From Sulfurimonadaceae bacterium (GTDB lineage: Bacteria; Campylobacterota; Campylobacteria; Campylobacterales; Sulfurimonadaceae), in contig JAQUCZ010000001.1 of NCBI GenBank assembly GCA_028685945.1, positions 1 through 38,441 on the forward strand: DNA of 38,441 nucleotides, written 5' to 3'. Under the pieces are notes generated by a model. That model had not been told where the DNA came from and ran no database searches. It saw only the letters and a list, made by a program, of their open reading frames with translations. The position numbers were made by a program, and so were the translations under genes. Shown here piece by piece: positions 25,591 to 33,738 of this stretch (within the stretch, counting starts at the first letter, position 1; each line of letters starts with the position of its first letter).

Positions 25591-26484
25591 TTACTTCGTC
25601 TCCCATTTATAGCGGATCAGTTCGTTATTTGGATCTTCTCTCCACCCTTTGATCCCTTTTGCATAAACTTTCGTATTTGTAAATCCAAGATGTTTGTATA
25701 GCAAAAACCAGCTCCATGCGGCATCCAAAAGGTCCTCGCCGTAGATCGTAATAGTATCTTCTTCATTGAGTCCGAGACCCTCTTTGTAAAGGGTAAGAAG
25801 CGTCTCTTTATCCAATAAGGTACGGTCATTACGCAGATTATACGCAAGCGGGATATTTATGGCATGCGGGATATGACCCGTTTGGTCGCAATTTTTTGAA
25901 GGGGCAATACCGAAATAGATTTCGGGTGATCGTACGTCGAACAGAACCGTTGCATCTTCTTTGGCAAGGTCGTGCTCTATAAAAGCGTGTTTTTGCTCGT
26001 ATCGTGCGTCGCGTTCTGCGGGAGAAGGAGATTTTTCCGAGGAGATAAGCAGTTCGTTCTCAAAAGCCCATGCCAAATACCCGCCGTCTAAAATAGCGAC
26101 GTTTTCAAATCCGTAACTTATAAGTGCTAAAGCACCCAGTGATGCATTGCGAAAATCCTCTTGGGTATTTCTCGTATAAAGAACAATCGTAGAACTCGGC
26201 TTAAGAGCGAATGCGGCGAAAATTTCCTGAAGTTTCTCTTTCGGTGCCAGTGCGACATCTCCGTTTTCTCGTACGCTTAAGCGTTGTGGATCGAGATGAA
26301 GGGCGTTGGATATATGGGAGCGCTTGAAGTTTTCTTTTGAGGAGAGATCGAGTATAACAAGCTCGGGATCATCCAAAAGGTTGTAAAGATCTTTGGGCTG
26401 CACGAATCCCTCGATTGCACAAAGGGTGAGCGTGCTTAAAAAGAGTAGAAGTGTCGTTTTGAACAAATTAAAAATTCCCTGCAT
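25591..26484 (-). CDS. Exported tandem-domain rhodanese/sulfurtransferase-like protein, apparently lacking the catalytic Cys
   Basis: Signal-peptide-like N-terminus; HISNA, ILDGGYLAW, DVRS, GHIPHAINIP rhodanese motifs; active-site loop reads IYGEDLLDA. Confidence 0.8.
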   Translation of the reverse strand: MQGIFNLFKTTLLLFLSTLTLCAIEGFVQPKDLYNLLDDPELVILDLSSKENFKRSHISNALHLDPQRLSVRENGDVALAPKEKLQEIFAAFALKPSSTIVLYTRNTQEDFRNASLGALALISYGFENVAILDGGYLAWAFENELLISSEKSPSPAERDARYEQKHAFIEHDLAKEDATVLFDVRSPEIYFGIAPSKNCDQTGHIPHAINIPLAYNLRNDRTLLDKETLLTLYKEGLGLNEEDTITIYGEDLLDAAWSWFLLYKHLGFTNTKVYAKGIKGWREDPNNELIRYKWETK

Positions 26485-26761
26485 TTCTAAATTCGGAAAT
26501 TTCCGTTTCGACCATCTCGTCGATCATGATTTTAAAAAGTTCCGAAATAAGGTTCGGAGAGACGTCAAGCCCGATCGCTTTTTTGCGCACTTTTTGCATT
26601 ATAAAATCGATTCTATCCTCCGCCTTAACCTCTTCGATACTGTTTTTAAACGATGCAGCCTGACGGACGAGATGACTTCTTTGGGAGATCAGCTCGACGA
26701 GTTTGTCATCGATGATGTCGATTTGGTCTCTTACTTCTTTGAGTGAGTTGCATTTTTTCAT
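26468..26761 (-). CDS. Chorismate mutase (AroQ/PchB-like, monofunctional)
   Basis: SLKEVRDQIDIIDDKLVELISQR..V; start reassigned to ATG 26761 (MKKCNS) because of SD AAGGA and TATAAT at 26807-12. Confidence 0.85.
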   Translation of the reverse strand: MKKCNSLKEVRDQIDIIDDKLVELISQRSHLVRQAASFKNSIEEVKAEDRIDFIMQKVRKKAIGLDVSPNLISELFKIMIDEMVETEISEFRNAGNF

Positions 26762-26944
26762 AGAAATCCTTTGTGTTGTATCGCATGTTTTCTGAGTTAA
26801 AACGTCATTATAGTAGGTTGCATATTGGTTTTTGTTTAAGCAGATAGGATCACTTGGCATGTCGTATTTTTAATTTAAAATTACGAGAAGAATATAGAAA
26901 TCTAAGTTAACACAAATGTAACGCAAAATAAATATAATTTTATT

Positions 26945-27030
26945 ACGATTCTCCTTGTATAGTTTTATATTGACTCAATAAAATTATGCTTACACTTCGT
27001 CTTCTCTTGAAAAAGGGAAGGCGCTCCTAT
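26945..27030 (+). ncRNA. Candidate small RNA with 5' anti-SD and two hairpins
   Basis: TATAAT 26933-38; TTCTCCTT 26949-56; hairpins 26957-26989 and 26998-27023 (GAAA loop) whose G-U pairs form only on the plus strand. Confidence 0.4.
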
Positions 27031-27677
27031 CTTCTCTTTAAAATCTCTATTTTTTTACGTATCGCTTCTTTTTCGCTCGTAGATTCGTTCAACTCCTCTA
27101 GTACGCCCAACCAATACAACACCGATTTTTTATACCCGTAAAACGATGCGCTCTCTAAAATATTTTCCGCTTGCGCGATACTCAGATGCTCTTTTAGAAG
27201 TGCCGCGCCGATCAGTTTGCTGCTGATGGGAGCATCTTCCAAAGATGCAAATGCCAAAGCGTATTCTTTTTTTTGCATATGCTCGGCGAAGCTGTTGTAA
27301 GGTCGGGGTAAGAGGGAAGGTTCAATCGCCTCCGTATTGTTTTGTAAAAGAGTATAGTAGTTTTTAAGGGAGGGATCGCTTGTAAACTCCGCGATCTCTT
27401 GGTACTCACTACACTTATCGGGACGACCGACCGAGATACGTAGAGCACACATGCCAAGGTATATGCGAGCCAAACTCTCAAAATCTCCGCCCGCCTTGGC
27501 ATGTGCGATTGCACGTTTGAGATCGCCTGTGGCAACGGCATCGTGCCCCGCTAAAAAGTTCTTCGTATAGGACTCGAACGCATTGGCGCTTTGGATTTGC
27601 CACTGATTGGGGGGAAGTTGCATAGAACACCCGCTCCCAAGAAGAAGAATAAAGGCTAGAAGAGAGAAAAGTTTCAT
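27027..27677 (-). CDS. Lipoprotein with helical/TPR-like repeats, last gene of the MCE operon
   Basis: Lipobox LLLGSGC; overlaps the MCE gene stop. Confidence 0.75.
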   Translation of the reverse strand: MKLFSLLAFILLLGSGCSMQLPPNQWQIQSANAFESYTKNFLAGHDAVATGDLKRAIAHAKAGGDFESLARIYLGMCALRISVGRPDKCSEYQEIAEFTSDPSLKNYYTLLQNNTEAIEPSLLPRPYNSFAEHMQKKEYALAFASLEDAPISSKLIGAALLKEHLSIAQAENILESASFYGYKKSVLYWLGVLEELNESTSEKEAIRKKIEILKRR

Positions 27678-28609
27678 GGCAGCGGCACCTCGGTTTTGGT
27701 TTCGTCTTGCGTGAGCGCATCTATTTTATCCATGAGTTGGTTTGACTTGGTGAGTCCAGCGCTGATTTGTTCTTTGATCTCAAGCAGTTGCGTATCGTAA
27801 CTTCCGACGCTTTTAACGGTTCCGTCGAGTGCTTCAAGTTTTTGCTTGACGTCTTTCATGATGGCGTTGAGTTCTTGGATCGCTTGGGAGGAGGGGGTGA
27901 GAATATCTTGTTTGAGATTAGAGGTGACCCCTTGGACGTCTTTGCTGATTTTATGGGTCTCTTCCATAATCGCAGCGGTCGTATTGAGCGCATCTATCAA
28001 ACTTTGCGTAGCATGTGCATCGCCGGTGACGGTCGTTAAAAGCGCATCGCCGTTGGAGAGTTTGTCGGTAAAGAGTTTGATGTTTTTGATGGTCGCAAAA
28101 AGATCGGAATCCTCCGAAGAGAGCTTGGACGTTATAGCATCGACGGAGGTGATTATGTTAATAAGGCGATCGATTGCAGGTTCGAGTTTGGAAATCATGC
28201 CGTTGATATCGTCGCTGATGATGATCTCTACAAGCGCACCCTCTTCAAGCGGCGGGTTTTCGATACTCGAATAAATCTCTATATGAGGAGAGCCGATAAG
28301 CGGTTTTTGCAAGAGGAGCACACAATGCTCACTGATCCATTTTCGGTTTTTTTCGGCGACGGAAAAGGTGATTTTGACGCTTCCGTCGTCGTTGAGTGCA
28401 ATCTCGTCGATCGTTCCGATATCAAAGCCCGAAAACTTCAAGGGCATCCCGACGCTAAAGGCGTTGGCACTTTGGGTCGTAAAGTAGAAGCTGTAGCGTT
28501 TATCGAACGTCCCTTTCTCTTGTAGAATTAAAAACGAGGAAAAAGCGATGGTGACAAAAAAGGTCAGAACGAAAAGACCCACCGCAATTTTCATTTTATT
28601 ATATTGCAT
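27674..28609 (-). CDS. MCE/MlaD family protein with long helical C-terminal extension
   Basis: IAVGLFVL anchor; MCE motif FSVGMPLKFSGFDIGTIDEI; LIGSPHIEI; coiled-coil tail. Confidence 0.88.
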   Translation of the reverse strand: MQYNKMKIAVGLFVLTFFVTIAFSSFLILQEKGTFDKRYSFYFTTQSANAFSVGMPLKFSGFDIGTIDEIALNDDGSVKITFSVAEKNRKWISEHCVLLLQKPLIGSPHIEIYSSIENPPLEEGALVEIIISDDINGMISKLEPAIDRLINIITSVDAITSKLSSEDSDLFATIKNIKLFTDKLSNGDALLTTVTGDAHATQSLIDALNTTAAIMEETHKISKDVQGVTSNLKQDILTPSSQAIQELNAIMKDVKQKLEALDGTVKSVGSYDTQLLEIKEQISAGLTKSNQLMDKIDALTQDETKTEVPLP

Positions 28610-29067
28610 AGATCGCCTTTGTAGTGGGATTGGTTTGTAAGGTTGTCGAGTATTATAATATTTTTTTGCTCTTTGTTTAAGAGAACAAGTTTTTCAAGAA
28701 CCGGTTCGATGCGGGCTAGTTTTTTGATGAGGAAAAAAGGGGTTACGATAAAAATCACCTCCTCTTTTGCCATCATCGCGCGAATAACCATGACGTAAAA
28801 AACCTCCAAAGAGGTGCATTGGTTAAGACGGTTCAGCCCTATGTGTTCTAGGTCGATCAGCCGCAAAGATTCTATGGCATGTGCCTGTGCCTCTTGGGTG
28901 GGAAGCAGTTCGTGCACCTCTTTGATGAGCGCAATATTCTCAAGCATATTGAGGTTTGAGATCAAAGGGGTGTCTCCGGAGATAAGGGAATAATCTTGCT
29001 CGTTTGCAAGAAAATCGTCTATCTCTTTGTAAGAAGCGAAAAGTTTTACAGTGATTGCAGCACTAAT
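28591..29067 (-). CDS. Degenerate ABC-ATPase-like (MlaF-like) protein; start uncertain (TTG 28965 or ATT 29067)
   Basis: LISNLNMLENIAL matches the post-Q-loop segment of ABC ATPases; no Walker A; LSGG and Walker B positions altered; lies between the permease and MCE genes. Confidence 0.6.
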   Translation of the reverse strand: MSAAITVKLFASYKEIDDFLANEQDYSLISGDTPLISNLNMLENIALIKEVHELLPTQEAQAHAIESLRLIDLEHIGLNRLNQCTSLEVFYVMVIRAMMAKEEVIFIVTPFFLIKKLARIEPVLEKLVLLNKEQKNIIILDNLTNQSHYKGDLCNIIK

Positions 29068-29834
29068 GAGAGCACCTCGATAAAAAAGATTGCGATAAAG
29101 AGTTTCACCATGCCGTTTAAAACGGAGATGGGGATCGCGGTATAGGCATTGGCGGTTTTAAGCCCGCTGTAGATCGGTATAAGCATCGTTACAAACCCAA
29201 AAGCGACGCTTTTGAGCAAGAGTATGAGCAGATTATCGACCCCTACCGCATTGGCTAAGAGGGTTTGGTAGGTATGCAGATCCATCCCCATGTAGAAAAG
29301 GGTGAAGATATAGCCGCTGCCGAGCATAATGATGGCAAATAGGATCGAGAGGGAGGTAACGCTTACGATACCGCTTAGGATTCTGGGGAGGAAAAGGTAA
29401 TCGATAAGGTCTATTTTGTACTCTTTGAGCGTGTTAAGCTCTTTGTTGACGTTCATGACCGCAATCTCCGTATTCACCGCCGTTCCCGAGCGCAGCGAGA
29501 TAAGCAGGGCGGTAAAGAAGGGGGAGAATTCGTTGAGTGCAAAAGTAACGATGATCGATCCTATTTGCGATTGAAGATTATACTGCGTTGCAAGAGCGAT
29601 AACGACCCCGATGATAACCGAACCGAAAAGAAAAGCCATCATGATAAAGAGAGGGATAATCCCCACGGCGGTGAAATATATCTGTTTGATAAGAACCATC
29701 CGCATAGCGGGGTTATAGCTTTTGGGCTGTACCATATGGATAAGGCAAAGGGCGGTAAATTGCATCGCTTCGTAGATAGAAAGAAAAAAATCGGTTGTTT
29801 TCTGTCCGATATGCTCAAAAAATTTTAAAATCAT
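29046..29834 (-). CDS. MlaE-family ABC permease
   Basis: QIYFTAV, EFSPFFTALLISLRSGTAVNTEIAVMNVNKELNTL, YLFLPRI. Confidence 0.9.
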   Translation of the reverse strand: MILKFFEHIGQKTTDFFLSIYEAMQFTALCLIHMVQPKSYNPAMRMVLIKQIYFTAVGIIPLFIMMAFLFGSVIIGVVIALATQYNLQSQIGSIIVTFALNEFSPFFTALLISLRSGTAVNTEIAVMNVNKELNTLKEYKIDLIDYLFLPRILSGIVSVTSLSILFAIIMLGSGYIFTLFYMGMDLHTYQTLLANAVGVDNLLILLLKSVAFGFVTMLIPIYSGLKTANAYTAIPISVLNGMVKLFIAIFFIEVLSLVLQSL

Positions 29835-29956
29835 CTAAAAACCGTTTGCAGAGAAAAAATAGCACATGCCAAAGAGAAAAAAACGAAACGGCGTAAAAAG
29901 AGAGGAGAAAGCCTTTTTGTCGGAGTAAGGGTAAAAAGGGAGGCACAAGCAAGCAT
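29831..29956 (-). CDS. Candidate 41-aa small protein heading the MCE operon (not in ORF track)
   Basis: MLACASLFTLTPTKRLSPLFLRRFVFFSLACAIFSLQTVFR; SD AAGGA 6 nt upstream; ATGA overlap with the permease start; TATAAT at 29988-93. Confidence 0.5.
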   Translation of the reverse strand: MLACASLFTLTPTKRLSPLFLRRFVFFSLACAIFSLQTVFR

Positions 29957-30026
29957 CTTTTTTCCTTCATTTTGTTGTAAGGCAACCATTATAATGAAGA
30001 AAAAATCAAATCTTGCTTACTATGTT

Positions 30027-30266
30027 CTAGTCTTCGTAAAATCTGTTTTTGTGAGGAAATTTTTGGATATATCCGTCGTCTTCGTCATCATCGTCAAAAT
30101 CGTCCAAAGTATCGTCAAGGATTTTGCCGTATCCCATGTCGACGAGTTGCTCGTCGATCTCTTCCTTGTTGATCCCGTGTACTTTGCAATGCTCGATGAT
30201 GGCATCTATATCTTTATTCATTACGCAACCCAATTCGAGTGCAAATCGAAGGTCTTGTAGCGTCAT
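30027..30266 (-). CDS. Small acidic hypothetical protein
   Basis: ATG preceded by AGGGG; Asp-rich tract DDTLDDFDDDDEDD. Confidence 0.65.
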   Translation of the reverse strand: MTLQDLRFALELGCVMNKDIDAIIEHCKVHGINKEEIDEQLVDMGYGKILDDTLDDFDDDDEDDGYIQKFPHKNRFYED

Positions 30267-30530
30267 TGTTACCCCTGTAAGTCAATGTTCCACTAGGTGG
30301 ATAGTAATTATGAAAAATCATAATAGCGCTTTTGGCACAAATGCAACGAAAAATGAAATAACCCTACGGATAGAAATATAGATGGTTGCTTTTCGCCAAA
30401 CTCTTTCGGAGCAAAAGAGATTTTACAAAGATTTTTGCGCCGTTTTTTCTATCGTAATGCGGAATTATACTCTCAAAATAAATTTTTTTCGCTAAAAAAT
30501 ATCTTAAAAATAACCCCGAAAAACAGGTGT

Positions 30531-30737
30531 TTAAAGAGGGTTGATCTGCTTTTTAAGCGCTTTTGGAAGATGGGCAAAAGGGAGGGTACGCACTCCCGTT
30601 TTTTTGCCGTTTTCATAGGTTGCGACCTCTACGGTCATTGCGGAGGGGAAATAGTAGAGCAAAACGTAAGTGACCCCGTCTTCGCAAAAGCTGAGGTTTT
30701 CTGCCGTGAGGGGGATCGATTTTTTCTTTTTTGCCAC
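30531..30737 (-). CDS. Small hypothetical protein co-transcribed with cvfB-like gene
   Basis: GTG start 3 nt after the upstream stop; 68 aa; PFAHLPK motif. Confidence 0.65.
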   Translation of the reverse strand: MAKKKKSIPLTAENLSFCEDGVTYVLLYYFPSAMTVEVATYENGKKTGVRTLPFAHLPKALKKQINPL

Positions 30738-30740
30738 CGC

Positions 30741-31589
30741 TTAGCCTTTGAGGTAGATTCCCGTTTCTTTAACCTCGATTTGCCCCTTTTCTTGGAGAGT
30801 CGTGAGGGTGCGTTTAAAATCTTTTTTGCTCATGCCAAACACCTCTTGGATCAACTCGGGTGCGCTTTTGTAGTTGTAGGGGAGAATCCCTTTGTTGGCA
30901 TGTAAAAGTTCTAGAACTTTTTGGGCGGCGGATTTTGTTTTGGCGCCCCCGATTTTTCTTAGGCTCAGATCGATCCCTCCGTCTTTGCGGATGTTTTTGA
31001 CGTAGGCGGTTTTTTGATCCCCTATGGAGAGTTTTTCAAATATTTCGTTGTGAAACATCAGCCCCTCGTAGCGATCCTCGACGATACATTTAAACCCCAG
31101 CGGCGTTTTGTCGATGATGAGCGCCTTGACCTCTTGGTGGGGTTTGAGTCCTTTTGGTTTTTTGTCGAGGTATTTGGAAAACTTCTCCGTTCCCGCGAGG
31201 CGGTGGGTCATCTCGTCGTACACGACGCGTAAAAATTTCCTCTCCCCGATTTGAAACGGTGCTTTTTGAAACATTCTAGGGACAAACAAATCTTTTGGAA
31301 GCCCCCAGTTCACAAACGCGCCGAATTTCGTGGTATCGACCACCTCGAAAAAGCCGAATTGATCGAGCATCGCCGTGGGCATAAGGGTGGTAGCGACAAG
31401 CCTGTCTTCGGAGTCGGTGTACAAAAACACCTCTACTAAATCGCCTACCTTCATGGCAGGGGTTACGTAGGCTTTGGGAAGGAGCACGTCTTTGTCGTCT
31501 TGTGCTTTTAAAAAAACGCCGTGAGGGGTATCGCGGTCGATAAGAAGGGTGTTGCGCTCGCCTAAAACGAGGTGGGCATTTTGTTGCAT
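30741..31589 (-). CDS. CvfB/YitL-like S1 RNA-binding domain protein
   Basis: VLLPK, VFLYTDSEDRLVAT, FGAFVNWGLPKDLFVP, RKDGGIDLSL, FGMSKKDFKR winged helix. Confidence 0.9.
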   Translation of the reverse strand: MQQNAHLVLGERNTLLIDRDTPHGVFLKAQDDKDVLLPKAYVTPAMKVGDLVEVFLYTDSEDRLVATTLMPTAMLDQFGFFEVVDTTKFGAFVNWGLPKDLFVPRMFQKAPFQIGERKFLRVVYDEMTHRLAGTEKFSKYLDKKPKGLKPHQEVKALIIDKTPLGFKCIVEDRYEGLMFHNEIFEKLSIGDQKTAYVKNIRKDGGIDLSLRKIGGAKTKSAAQKVLELLHANKGILPYNYKSAPELIQEVFGMSKKDFKRTLTTLQEKGQIEVKETGIYLKG

Positions 31590-31630
31590 GGGTATCCTTG
31601 GTAATTCCGTCTATGAAAATAAAATACGAC

Positions 31631-31696
31631 ATTATATCCACTATCTTGGCATGTTGAAAATGGCAGCACGAAGAGGTAACGAAACTTTGATACAAT
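31631..31696. promoter_or_regulatory. Divergent promoters for the cvfB-like gene and pyk
   Basis: Minus strand gaTATAAT at 31631-36; plus strand TGaTACAAT at 31688-96. Confidence 0.55.
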
Positions 31697-31722
31697 GGTG
31701 AAAATTTTTACGGGGATAAAGC

Positions 31723-33198
31723 ATGAAAAAAAGAACGAAAATCGTTGCAACGGTGGGGCCTGCAAGCGAGAGCACCGAGATTTTGGTAGAGCTTATCGAA
31801 GCGGGGGTAAATGTTTTTCGTCTTAATTTCTCTCACGGAACCTACGCATACCACGAAACGGTTTTGCAAAATATCCGCGAAGCTATGCAAAAAACGGGAA
31901 AAATCGTAGGGGTGCTGCAAGATATAAGCGGTCCGAAAATCCGCATCGGCGAGCTAGAACACAGTTTCGAGCTTGAAAAAGGGGACGTAATCGAGTTTAC
32001 CAAAGAGCAGATCGTGGGGTACAAGGCGGTGGAGGGGCACTACAGGGTGCATCTCAATCAAAGTGCCATTCTCGATAAACTCCGCGTGGGGGAGTATATC
32101 TACCTTTACGACGGGATTATCCGTGCGAAAGTGACCCAAAAAAGCGAAAACTCCGACGAGGTGTTTGCACAGGTGGAAAACAGCGGTATCCTTAGCTCCA
32201 AAAAAGGGGTGAATTTCCCCAATACCCGACTCGATTTCGACGTACTTACCGACAAAGATAAAGCCGACATCGAGTGGGGCGTAGTAAACGGGGTCGATTT
32301 TATGGCGATTTCGTTTGTGCAAAATGCCAAAGATATGCTCCATGCCAGAGCTTTGGTGGAGAAGTTCGGCGGCAGACAGATGCTTATTGCCAAGATCGAG
32401 AAATTTGAAGCGATCGAAGAGATCGATGCGATTTTAGAAGCAAGCGACGGTATTATGGTTGCACGGGGAGATTTGGGGATCGAGGTGCCTTACTACGAGG
32501 TGCCAAATATCCAAAAGATGCTTATAGCCAAAGCAAACGCCGCATCCAAACCCGTCATCACTGCGACGCAGATGCTCCTTTCTATGACGGGTGCGACCCG
32601 TGCCACGCGTGCCGAGATCAGCGACATCGCCAATGCGGTGCTTGACGGTACCGACGCCGTGATGCTTTCAGAAGAGAGTGCCGTGGGGAAATACCCCGTT
32701 TTGGCGGTAGAGACGATGTTTGAGACGATTCGCGAAACCGAAAAACAGTACGACAACTACAAATTCGGCATCTACCCGTACTCCGACGCCGCCAATGCTA
32801 TCGATGAATCTGCCGTGCGCCTTGCAAAAGTGCTCGACGTCGAAGCGATTCTCACCCTCACCAGTTCGGGCAATTCCGCAAAAAAAATAGCAAAATACCG
32901 CCCCGCACGCCCCATTTTGGCAATCACCCACGACGAAACGGTACGGCGTCAGCTCACCCTCTCATGGGGTGTCGTGCCGATCTTTTCGGTGCAAAAAAGC
33001 TCTTTGCCCCGTATTTTGCAAAACGTGATGCAAAAAGGGCTCGATGAGGGAATCCTTGACATAAACAAAGGGTACATCCTCACCGCAGGCGATCCTACGG
33101 GGATCAGCGGCTCTACCAATATGATCCGCTATCTAAGACGCTACGAGATGGAGATGTTTTTGAACCAAAAATGCGATTACGAAGGGGCGCCGCTGTAA
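31723..33198 (+). CDS. pyk: Pyruvate kinase
   Basis: RTKIVATVGPAS, RLNFSHG, GPKIRIG, IAKIE, MVARGDLG, ATQML, TRAE, DAVMLS. Confidence 0.97.
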   Translation: MKKRTKIVATVGPASESTEILVELIEAGVNVFRLNFSHGTYAYHETVLQNIREAMQKTGKIVGVLQDISGPKIRIGELEHSFELEKGDVIEFTKEQIVGYKAVEGHYRVHLNQSAILDKLRVGEYIYLYDGIIRAKVTQKSENSDEVFAQVENSGILSSKKGVNFPNTRLDFDVLTDKDKADIEWGVVNGVDFMAISFVQNAKDMLHARALVEKFGGRQMLIAKIEKFEAIEEIDAILEASDGIMVARGDLGIEVPYYEVPNIQKMLIAKANAASKPVITATQMLLSMTGATRATRAEISDIANAVLDGTDAVMLSEESAVGKYPVLAVETMFETIRETEKQYDNYKFGIYPYSDAANAIDESAVRLAKVLDVEAILTLTSSGNSAKKIAKYRPARPILAITHDETVRRQLTLSWGVVPIFSVQKSSLPRILQNVMQKGLDEGILDINKGYILTAGDPTGISGSTNMIRYLRRYEMEMFLNQKCDYEGAPL

Positions 33199-33309
33199 TT
33201 CTTGGCATGTAGCATATGAAAATGCTTAAACTTTTTACTTTACAAAACTGCTAAGGGGAGAAAAAGCACAAAGCGATACCATAGCGAAAAAATTAAAAGG
33301 AAAGAACAT

Positions 33310-33552
33310 ATGTTTACAATATCGGTAGAAAAAGAGTGCGGTTGTTTTAAGAGAAGCGACTTGCAAAACAATATGAGTTTAGACTCCAAAGATGCAGCGC
33401 TCCTTAAATCGTTGGAGATGCGCGACCATATGAACGACGAGTTCTGCGGCAAGCATAAATTTAAAGTGCAAGAGGTAGGCAATAGCTTCGTTATCGCCAT
33501 GAGCGACTCCACAAGCAACGGCTGTTGCGGCGGCGGATGCGGCAGCCACTAA
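33310..33552 (+). CDS. Small Cys-rich putative metal-binding protein
   Basis: SD AAGGA; ECGCF, FCGKH and C-terminal GCCGGGCGSH. Confidence 0.75.
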   Translation: MFTISVEKECGCFKRSDLQNNMSLDSKDAALLKSLEMRDHMNDEFCGKHKFKVQEVGNSFVIAMSDSTSNGCCGGGCGSH

Positions 33553-33720
33553 GTAACTGATGTTACACACTTTATGAGCAAAGCCCATAAAGTGGCAGGG
33601 ACAAATGTCCCTACAACCCCCTAAAGCTACCCGTATCTTCCCGATACGGGAGAAAAACTGACAACTTACCCTCTTTTTGAAAAAAAGTGCATAAGGTCAG
33701 TAAGTAAGTGTTGCATAAGC
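33553..33720. repeat. Hairpin-rich cassette with imperfect terminal inverted repeats (MITE-like element or structured RNA)
   Basis: Stems 33553-66, 33568-94, 33597-612, 33630-50, 33657-701; ends CTGATGTTACAC / GTGTTGCATAAG match 9/12 as an inverted repeat. Confidence 0.5.
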
Positions 33721-33738
33721 AAAAAATCCGCACACTGT

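Noticed and set aside
26762-26860. N-terminal extension of chorismate mutase in the ORF track (MPSDPIC...)
   Set aside because: Its ATG comes from a copy of the dispersed motif; the SD and -10 box support the start at 26761
30435-30905. 156-aa plus-strand ORF and the 88-aa ORF at 29994
   Set aside because: Both overlap better-supported minus-strand genes and show no recognisable features
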